From the NCBI GenBank assembly GCA_051003195.1, contig JBPCLP010000021.1:160001-224000 (forward strand): DNA of 64,000 nt, read 5' to 3'. Positions within the stretch are counted from its first letter, which is position 1. Every line of letters starts with the position of its first letter. The position numbers were made by a program, and so were the translations under genes. This DNA is from Candidatus Sumerlaeaceae bacterium (GTDB taxonomy: Bacteria > Sumerlaeota > Sumerlaeia > Sumerlaeales > Sumerlaeaceae). The notes beneath the pieces were generated by a model. The model was not told the DNA's origin. It saw nothing but the letters and a program-made list of their open reading frames with translations, and searched no databases. Below are positions 56,785-64,000 of the stretch, piece by piece.

Positions 56785-57879
56785 TTGGACCAGACGAGGC
56801 AACTGGAGCGCTACATTTTCCGCCGGCCGCTGTGGCGCAAGGCTGTACCCGTTTTTCTGCTCACGGTGATATGGCTGCTACCGCTGTTCATATGGAAGGG
56901 CCACCTGCTCCCGGTGGACGAGACCCCGTTTGAAGGATGGCCCCAGAAGGGGCACGACTGGCTGAACAGGTTCGGCATCGACATGCGCCGCGCGCTTGTA
57001 GGCACCGGCGCTATCAGCGCGCTGCTCGTGTTGTGGCTTTTCACCGGCATGCAGACGCTCATTATCACACCTGAGGCCGTCATCCGCCGGCTTCCGCTGG
57101 GCATTCGGCGTACGCTTCGCTGGATCGATATCGATGAAGTGCTTATCGATCTCGTCGAAGCGCGTTTCGAGGGCGACGTGACCGCACGAAAAACCCTCTA
57201 CCTTTATTCCATCCCGCGCGGCCTGTTTAAAACCCGCAGGAAGCTGACGATCAAAAGCCGCCACTTCGAAGGTTACGACGACGTCGAGCGGATCGCGGTG
57301 CAGGTGTCAGTTCCGGCTGTCGCCGCGCGACTCCGCGAGCGAATCAATCATACGCGCAAGCCCGCGCTTTTTCCAGTGCGCGAACCGGGGGAAGGGCTTT
57401 TCGCTTTCCTGCTGTTTTGCGGCGGAATCTTCGTACTCTTCGCCGCCGCCTACGATCCGTTCTGGTCCTATAAACTCGTGCAGCAGGTGCTCTCGCCCGA
57501 TTACCAGAGGTTCGTCCGTCCGCCGCTCGCCGCGATCGCGGTTATTGTGATGTTTACTTCGTTCCTCAGGTTCTTCTATAAACAGATCGGCGTCGACGCC
57601 GAGAATATTTACGTGCTCGTGCGAAAATACGTACGCCGCCGCATACCAATCGACACGGTTGCCGACATCCAGATCCACGACAACCAGATGCGCATTTATG
57701 CTTTTACGAAAGATCCTGAAATTCCGCGCCAGGTTTTCAAAACGAATCGGTTCATCCGCAACCGCGGCGTCCTGCTGCGTCTGATCCGCGAAGAATACGA
57801 AGCCCGCCGTGCCACGGACGATGCACCCATTGCAACGACGCGGCCTTCAATGGGAAATGATCGCCCCGCGGAAAGTTGA
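56785..57879 (+). CDS. Hypothetical membrane protein with two TM-hairpin + PH-like modules
   Basis: Two repeats of paired TM segments followed by LIITPEAVIRR..LRWIDIDEV and IGVDAENIYV..IPIDTVADI. Confidence 0.7.
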   Translation: MDQTRQLERYIFRRPLWRKAVPVFLLTVIWLLPLFIWKGHLLPVDETPFEGWPQKGHDWLNRFGIDMRRALVGTGAISALLVLWLFTGMQTLIITPEAVIRRLPLGIRRTLRWIDIDEVLIDLVEARFEGDVTARKTLYLYSIPRGLFKTRRKLTIKSRHFEGYDDVERIAVQVSVPAVAARLRERINHTRKPALFPVREPGEGLFAFLLFCGGIFVLFAAAYDPFWSYKLVQQVLSPDYQRFVRPPLAAIAVIVMFTSFLRFFYKQIGVDAENIYVLVRKYVRRRIPIDTVADIQIHDNQMRIYAFTKDPEIPRQVFKTNRFIRNRGVLLRLIREEYEARRATDDAPIATTRPSMGNDRPAES

Positions 57880-57941
57880 TCTACCGCCGAGTGGCAGGAA
57901 GCACCTCGTAGATCCCATGCACAAACCCCCGAAGCCTTAAG

Positions 57942-58205
57942 CTACGAATATCCGCGAGTATATGCATCGTGACCGCCGATCCAAAACCAGGTAACAGTGT
58001 CAGACTCCAGGATACCAAGTGCCCGGTTACTGCGACTAATCCTTACCGACCAAATATCTTCATTCGAGTTTACGCACTTAAAATGCAATGACGGATGAAA
58101 TGGGCTTTCGGACCAAAGTTGATACGCTTTCCGCGCGCTTTTACGGGTGTTTTCGTCCAGCAATTCATACGCGTCCCAAAAAGATGGGAGCGTAGCGGAC
58201 CTCAC
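57942..58205 (-). CDS. ParE/RelE-like type II toxin
   Basis: FWDAY..L, ARKAYQLW..PFHPSLHFKCV, WSVRI, RALG, WFWIGGHD.Y. Confidence 0.85.
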   Translation of the reverse strand: MRSATLPSFWDAYELLDENTRKSARKAYQLWSESPFHPSLHFKCVNSNEDIWSVRISRSNRALGILESDTVTWFWIGGHDAYTRGYS

Positions 58206-58432
58206 AGCTTATCAGGATCCAATGGTTCTGCACGACCAGCACGGATCTGCTCTTTTGCGCGGCGTCCTGCCTCGCCCAGTTTATTCTGCGTGGTTGCAAA
58301 CGAGTGGTCCCATTGCAGTTCGTCACGAAGGTCTTCTATGTATTCCCGTAAGTGATCGGCAACGCGCTCCTGCGCCGATTCGGGCAATGATTCGAGAATC
58401 TTTGTCACGGTAGCTACAGCCGATGAACTCAT
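58202..58432 (-). CDS. Putative antitoxin
   Basis: 76-aa acidic protein with a 4-bp overlap upstream of the toxin; DELQWDHSF, IRAGRAEPLD. Confidence 0.8.
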   Translation of the reverse strand: MSSSAVATVTKILESLPESAQERVADHLREYIEDLRDELQWDHSFATTQNKLGEAGRRAKEQIRAGRAEPLDPDKL

Positions 58433-58529
58433 AAAAGCGGTCCGTTCCTTTCCTGCGCTGGTTCCTGCAACCTGATACACTTGAACAGTGGCGGCATTTT
58501 GCCAGACACTACTACCAGATACCACTCAC

Positions 58530-60428
58530 CTACTCCGCCTTCAGCCAGTCTTCCAGACCCAGCCGAATTCCTGACGCCATTTTCTGCTGAAACGCGGGTT
58601 CGAGCATCAGCGCTTCTTCCATTGGGTTGGAAATGAACGCCTGCTCGACAAGCACCGCCGGCATCCACGTCAGGATCCGGATTGGAGGATAGTTGAAGTT
58701 GCCCACCGTTCCGTAAGGTGCGAGGCCCGTCTGCTCGAGGATGTGCATGTGAATCGCCGCGGCGAGATCATGGTTGAACGGGTGCTTGTAGAACATCGCG
58801 TTGCCGGCCACGGCCAGGTAACCGCGCGGCGTGCCGGCGGAGTTGCAATGGATGCTGACAAACAATTCCGCGTTCGCGTCCATGGCGCGTTGCGCGCGTT
58901 TGCCCAGCGCCACGCTTTCATCCTCCATGCGTGTCTGCACAACTTTCGCCCCTGCAGCCGTGAGCTGAGCCTCGACGACTTTAGAGACCGATAGCGTAAT
59001 GTCCTTCTCACGCGAACCGGTGATACCGCCAGCACCCGTGTTGGTGCCGCCGTGTCCGGCTTCCACCGCGACCGTGAGCCCTGCCAGGGGCGAAACAGCC
59101 CCTGCCTGCAGAGTCGGCGGCCTGCGGATCGTCACCTTCAGGCTGCCCGTCGTCACTTCCCATTTGTAGCCCCACACGCGTTTGCCGTGCAGGTTTGCCG
59201 TCACGCGCAGGTGATCGCTCGCCACCTGGTCAATGGTCACCTGCCGCACAACCTTTCCCGGACGGCGATGAGTGATCCACGTGCAGGCATGATGCGCACC
59301 GTAGAAGTCCACCGTGATGGCCGGGCTGCCGTCCTTGTCACTTGCAACGACATCGCGCACGACAAAAGGCACCGGTGAGGGGTACGGAAACAGCAGCGCC
59401 TCGTCGCCTTGCGCGGTAATGGTGGTGTTCATGTCCGTAAACTCCAGGTGCGGAATCGCGGTGCCCGCAGATGCCGGTTCCACCTGGTAGGCAGGGATCC
59501 ACGCGGTTTGATCGGTCGAAAGCTGCACCTTAAGATTGAACCCGCGGCGACCAACGACGCGAAGTGCCGTTCCGCTGGTCAGTTCCGCCAGGTAGGGGCC
59601 ACCCAGCCGCACTTCGGTCAGGCCGTACGCCAGTTGCCCGATTTCATCCGCTTTCACACGCACGAGCTGTGGTGGCCCGCTCTCCGGCATTACCATCACG
59701 CGCGATTTCGTCTCCACAAGCAGGGGCGGCGTTGCGTCGTTGCCGGGTGAAGTTCCTGCGTGCATGCGAAGCATGATGGGGTGGCTGGTGCTGGCATCCA
59801 CGCCCGCGCCCGGCGCTGCAACGCGAACCGTGCCACGATAGAGTCCGCTCGGTCCGGGCGTTAGCGCGTCCACAACCTCGCCCATCGGCGTCCAGCTGCC
59901 ACCGGCCAGCATGAACTCCGCCGTGTTGCCCGGCGCGCCGGTGAAACTTACTTCAAGGGGTTCGCCTGGCATCAGCCCGACGTTCTCGGCCGGCACGATC
60001 GACTCGGCGTCAATCGCGAGCGGCAGCGAGGGCGAAGTCGTCTTCACTTCTTCCTGTACACGCGTGATCTGGATGGTGCGCTCCAGCGGGGCCGAACCGG
60101 TCGTCTCCACGCGCAATGCGATGGTGTTCGCGCCCATCTCCAGTGGAATGTTGTCGCGCACAAAAACACCCGTGCTGTAGACCGGCACCATCGTGCCGTT
60201 GATGGTGGCCTTCGTGGCGGTGCCTGCTGCTACGCGCGCACCCACATGCGCCATCGGCCTGGTCGACGTAGTCGATTCGCTCGTCGGTCCAATCAGTGTA
60301 ATCGCATGCGTGCTTGCAGCCTCGTCGGCCGTGCGTCGGCTGCCGCGCGGGCCACGCTGCGCGAAACTCACCGCTGCAACGGACGTCACGACTAATGAAA
60401 TTCCAGCTGCCCGGCAGAACCTGCGCAT
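58530..60428 (-). CDS. N-acetylmuramoyl-L-alanine amidase (Amidase_3) with N-terminal accessory domains
   Basis: Signal peptide; VEAGHGG, EKDITL, FVSIHCNS, PAVLVEQAFISN. Confidence 0.9.
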   Translation of the reverse strand: MRRFCRAAGISLVVTSVAAVSFAQRGPRGSRRTADEAASTHAITLIGPTSESTTSTRPMAHVGARVAAGTATKATINGTMVPVYSTGVFVRDNIPLEMGANTIALRVETTGSAPLERTIQITRVQEEVKTTSPSLPLAIDAESIVPAENVGLMPGEPLEVSFTGAPGNTAEFMLAGGSWTPMGEVVDALTPGPSGLYRGTVRVAAPGAGVDASTSHPIMLRMHAGTSPGNDATPPLLVETKSRVMVMPESGPPQLVRVKADEIGQLAYGLTEVRLGGPYLAELTSGTALRVVGRRGFNLKVQLSTDQTAWIPAYQVEPASAGTAIPHLEFTDMNTTITAQGDEALLFPYPSPVPFVVRDVVASDKDGSPAITVDFYGAHHACTWITHRRPGKVVRQVTIDQVASDHLRVTANLHGKRVWGYKWEVTTGSLKVTIRRPPTLQAGAVSPLAGLTVAVEAGHGGTNTGAGGITGSREKDITLSVSKVVEAQLTAAGAKVVQTRMEDESVALGKRAQRAMDANAELFVSIHCNSAGTPRGYLAVAGNAMFYKHPFNHDLAAAIHMHILEQTGLAPYGTVGNFNYPPIRILTWMPAVLVEQAFISNPMEEALMLEPAFQQKMASGIRLGLEDWLKAE

Positions 60429-60559
60429 CTTATTACTCCGTCACGAGACATTTCCGCGACATTCCACGGGCTGGAAACTAAATAACCAGCGAAATAGAGA
60501 GCATCCCCAGCGTCTGTTAACCTGCCCCATCCAATCGTGGCTCCCGTGATGCTTCAGCA

Positions 60560-60830
60560 GGCAACTGGTCGGTGTGTTGCGCCTGATCTGCACCGCGAGC
60601 GTTAGCGAGTGACCAGAGATTCGGGCGGGGCAGATGCGGGCCGTGCTTGCCCATGGTGCGGCAACTGGTCGGTGTGTTGCACCGCGAGCGTTAGCGAGTG
60701 ACCAGAGATTCGGGCGGGGACGAAATGCCTACCGATTTGCAAAGTTGGGTGGGTCTGCGGGAGCGGGGCGCATGGGCACTCGCTAACGCTCGCGGTGCAG
60801 ATTCTCGGCGCAGGGGCGCTCGCGGTGCAG
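60560..60830. repeat. REP/BIME-like cluster
   Basis: TGCACCGCGAGCGTTAGCGAGTG twice in direct orientation (~60589, ~60678), once inverted (~60777-60799), plus a partial inverted copy; ~100-bp tandem duplication. Confidence 0.8.
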
Positions 60831-60966
60831 GCCAGATTCGTGAGCCTTTTCGAGCGGCCCCCAGCAGGTCTACGCAATTAACAACTCGGCGTACATTCTG
60901 CACCAGCTCAATGTACCCGCGGTGATTACTGCGGCGCAGCCCGACTGGACGCTGTACGAGTAGTCC

Positions 60967-63150
60967 TCAGTAAGTAAGCGCGACGGTCGTCGAAGTTTCA
61001 GTAAACTCGTAACGCACGAGGGCGGTGCCGGTTTGCGCCGCCCACTCGTGCGTGGCGGGACGGCTGTCGATGTGGACGCCACGCGGTCGGCGCGGCATGC
61101 TCATGTGCAGAACGCCGGGCGTGTTAAGGGGCCCGGTGAGAGTCACGGTGGTTTCTCCGTCGGAGTCTTCCTGGTGCTCCACACGTCCAGAGCTGGCGAG
61201 CACCAGTGTTTGCACGGGAGGTGTCGCTGGAATGTTTCTCAGGAAAAACACCTGCCCGGGCGCTATGACCGGATTGCCGAGTATTACGGCATCAGAGGTA
61301 AAGAGATCCACGTAGCTGCCGGCCAGCCGCAGAGGTTCTGAGGAAGTGCATTCGTCTAGCGCGGCGCCGATGGTGTACGGCCCACGGCGCAACACAATCG
61401 AGTTGGTCGTCTGCAATAATTTTCCAACCGATGCCAGTCCCTCGCCCAGGTACCTCATGAGCGTTTCCGGCCCGGTTGTTTGTTTTGCGTAGCTGGCTGG
61501 TCCCTCGTCCGAAATGATCACCGTGCCGTTGCCGAACGGTAGAGGCTCGCCGGTTTGCGCTTTTGACATTCCAAAACGCTGCAATAGATCGCCGCGTGGG
61601 GTTCCGGCCGCATCGGTGCCTGAGTTCCACCACTCGCGCGCGGTGTTGAATTTGTCCTGGTCGTTGCCGCAGAAAATGAGCACTCCGCCATCGCGTACCC
61701 AGTCCGCGAGGCGCGCGTTGTACTCCGGGCGCAGCGGTTTGATATGATCGTAGCTCATGAGAAGCGCGCTGATGCCCTCCAGCGCACCGGGTGCAAGAAC
61801 CTGCTCGAGGATCACGCAGCGCGCAGGCATACCGTTTTTAACCAGCGGCAGCGCAAGACCGAAGAACTCGTCGTAGCAACTGTCGCCCGACCATGGACTG
61901 CCACGCTGGAACATCATGGTATCGGAAGCCAGCACTCCAACATCGCTGGAGCCACTGCTCCAGGTGCACTCAGGCTGTTCCATGTCGGCGAGCGCGTTCA
62001 CGACGATCATCAGCTCTGCCGCATAGGAGGGAGGAATCGTAATCTTTTCACCGGGAGCGGCGTACGAGCCCGCCGGATATTTATCCAGAAACACGCGGCT
62101 TGGCCACGGCATCACTTCGAAGTGTGACACGGACGGAAAAAGAAGCGAGGCGGCGACGACGCGGCGGTAGTTGGCCCGGTAGTCGTCCCATGTGTGCGTG
62201 GGAACGTCTTCGACCGGATCGTGAAGAAAGTAAACCGTGCGGCTGGTGGGAGCGGTCATCGCATGCATCGTCGCATATTCGAGATAAGCAGTTTCAAAGG
62301 TGCGCTCGCGCTCGACGCCACCGTAGCGGTTCGGAACGCGCGCGGTCCCCGTCCACACCTGGGCGATGTAGCCATCGCAATCGGGCAGGTCCATCATACT
62401 GCTCTCGGGTGAGACGATTCCCCACTGCGAATAGTTCAGGAGGCTGTGCGTTGGCACGTAACATTGCAGGGTGCGCTTGTGTTTTGCGGCGGCGTGGGCT
62501 TTTGCGCGGCTGAACACCGTGCCCAATGTCCGGCGGTAGAGCACGTGCTTGAGCTTGCTGCTGCGCCAGAAAGCATCGGGTGAAGAGTCGGGCCGCTGCC
62601 ATGGTTCGTTGTACTCCGCGTGCCATAGTTTCTTGAATCCTTCGCTGTAACCGGCGCGCGCCCAGAACTCCGGTTCTTCAAGGTGCAGTGCCAGGGCCCC
62701 CGCGTCGACGGCCTGCGTCGAGAGAGAAGTTATGTAATCGACATACGACGGTGTGGGTACCATGTACGGCACACCTTCGTGGTGCCAGATGGTCTCTCCC
62801 TTTCCGTCCGCCTGGCCTTCATCTTCATGTCGACGGCCATCGAAGTCGCCGCGGATGTAGGCTTCGTATTCTCCCCAGGCCACGCCGGTCATCAGGTGTG
62901 GGATGTAGCCGTGGTCGGCCCAGCCGCGAATGCGCGAAGTGAGGGAGTCATTCACGCCGTATGCGATTGCGACATCCGTGCGAATGTCGTAGCGCGCATC
63001 AAAAGCATCACCGCTCTGGAAGCAGGTGCGCTGCCGATGGCGCGCCGCAGTGAAGGAAGTCGTGCTGGTTTGCTGGGACGCACCTGCTGGTTCCACCTGC
63101 AGCAGCAGGATCAAACCAGGCATCAGTGTGAAGTATCGCAGAATCATCAT
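60967..63150 (-). CDS. Secreted hypothetical protein, probable glycoside-hydrolase-like barrel
   Basis: Signal peptide; aromatic-rich, LHLEEPEFW, IAQVWTGT; LADWVRDGGVLI resembles a GATase-like/trimerisation segment. Confidence 0.65.
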   Translation of the reverse strand: MMILRYFTLMPGLILLLQVEPAGASQQTSTTSFTAARHRQRTCFQSGDAFDARYDIRTDVAIAYGVNDSLTSRIRGWADHGYIPHLMTGVAWGEYEAYIRGDFDGRRHEDEGQADGKGETIWHHEGVPYMVPTPSYVDYITSLSTQAVDAGALALHLEEPEFWARAGYSEGFKKLWHAEYNEPWQRPDSSPDAFWRSSKLKHVLYRRTLGTVFSRAKAHAAAKHKRTLQCYVPTHSLLNYSQWGIVSPESSMMDLPDCDGYIAQVWTGTARVPNRYGGVERERTFETAYLEYATMHAMTAPTSRTVYFLHDPVEDVPTHTWDDYRANYRRVVAASLLFPSVSHFEVMPWPSRVFLDKYPAGSYAAPGEKITIPPSYAAELMIVVNALADMEQPECTWSSGSSDVGVLASDTMMFQRGSPWSGDSCYDEFFGLALPLVKNGMPARCVILEQVLAPGALEGISALLMSYDHIKPLRPEYNARLADWVRDGGVLIFCGNDQDKFNTAREWWNSGTDAAGTPRGDLLQRFGMSKAQTGEPLPFGNGTVIISDEGPASYAKQTTGPETLMRYLGEGLASVGKLLQTTNSIVLRRGPYTIGAALDECTSSEPLRLAGSYVDLFTSDAVILGNPVIAPGQVFFLRNIPATPPVQTLVLASSGRVEHQEDSDGETTVTLTGPLNTPGVLHMSMPRRPRGVHIDSRPATHEWAAQTGTALVRYEFTETSTTVALTY

Positions 63151-63376
63151 TGGGAGACGGGTTCATCATGTGAGCTGCTGGATGCAAGCGGCATTCAGAG
63201 CGCGCAAAGGGGCCGGCACGAAGGCGCATAAATCATGCGTTTTGTCTTTAAGGAAACTGCACTTAACTTTAAATATTACAACTCTTTAAGGCCGAATTTG
63301 CGTAAACTTATTTACTTGCTAAGACACGCCGTTCCGCGCCTGTTCAGCTACTAATACTGGCAGGAGGTTTGGTAAC

Positions 63377-64000
63377 GTGCGTAGGCTTCTGATTCTTGGC
63401 GCATCGCTGATCGCGGCTTCCGTGGCGATTGCCGACGGCGATGACAGCAAAAAAGTAACTGTGGAAGTAGCACCGGCGAAGCGGGCGGTAAAGCGTGCGA
63501 CGCCGACGGCCTTTTTGCCGGTGCCGATTGAGCGCAGCCGCGCGATGCTTTGCGGACTGAAGCAGTCGGAGAACCTCGGCAAGTGGCTGAACGAAGTCGT
63601 GAACCTGGCCTTGGCGTCACAGCGGGTGATCAACAAGGAAGACGTGTTTGTTTCCTTTATCGATCTTTGTCCGGAAGCGCTGAGCTGGGGTGGCGATTCG
63701 CCCGGTCCGGTGATGGCCAGCGTGCATGGCGATGAGATGCAGTTTGCCTCGGGCTTTTCACGCCTCATCTATGCGGTGGCCGCGTATAACCACCTGGTCA
63801 AAAGTTGCGCCGACATGGACCCGGCCCTGCAGAGCGACATCGTGCGTATGCTGCGCGATGGTGATGACACGTCGACCAACAAAATCGTCGATTTCCTGTC
63901 GGGCACCGGGAGCGGCCCCGCATTGGGCCAGGTCGAGCTGTGCGATTTCGCCAGCCGGCGCGATTTTGCTAATTTGTACCTGACGAACCTCGGGTTCCAG
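63377..64000 (+). CDS. Exported class A beta-lactamase-fold protein, partial, catalytic motifs altered
   Basis: Own translation from GTG 63377 after AGGAGG: ...HGDEMQFASGFSRLIYAVA...MLRDGDDTSTNKIVDFLSGTGSGPAL...RDFANLYLTNLGF; open to the window end. Confidence 0.7.
   Translation, partial: MRRLLILGASLIAASVAIADGDDSKKVTVEVAPAKRAVKRATPTAFLPVPIERSRAMLCGLKQSENLGKWLNEVVNLALASQRVINKEDVFVSFIDLCPEALSWGGDSPGPVMASVHGDEMQFASGFSRLIYAVAAYNHLVKSCADMDPALQSDIVRMLRDGDDTSTNKIVDFLSGTGSGPALGQVELCDFASRRDFANLYLTNLGFQ

Noticed and set aside
63245..63291. TCTTTAAGG direct repeat in the AT-rich divergent promoter
   Set aside because: Two copies of a 9-mer in AT-rich DNA with no identifiable regulator is insufficient evidence

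Overview
Mostly housekeeping and envelope genes from a moderately GC-rich Gram-negative bacterium. The pilin family and short C-terminal motifs on secreted proteins suggest Candidatus Sumerlaeota (BRC1), which is an inference from recall, not a search. Recognisable genes: metB/metC-type lyase, truA, clpS-like, bioF, FGGY kinase, cspA, a MarR-MFP-RND efflux operon, ccsA, ligD (truncated), an ATP-grasp/Zn-peptidase pair, rex, a GT-C membrane protein, a pilin, a 2,200-aa metzincin/FG-GAP surface protein, htpG, pyrD, hemA, a split pntA/pntB, an MBOAT, prfA, a type II toxin-antitoxin pair and an amidase. No rRNA, tRNA, CRISPR array or transposase was seen. Highlights: (1) a family of ~92-bp TG...CA mini-elements joined by 4-bp CTAG/CCAG-like sites, stacking in tandem at stop codons; one copy appears inserted in frame inside clpS and a half copy marks the point where LigD is truncated. 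(2) Three secreted proteins end in two short C-terminal motifs ([S/T]AV-x(1,2)-DW-x-x-Y and VPVxxSxFxxE) that look like sorting signals. (3) A cobalamin riboswitch controls one of these, a stand-alone beta-propeller-like protein. (4) pntA1 is inverted relative to pntA2-pntB. (5) bioF lacks a canonical start codon, one gene is frameshifted, and a beta-lactamase-fold protein has lost its catalytic motifs.
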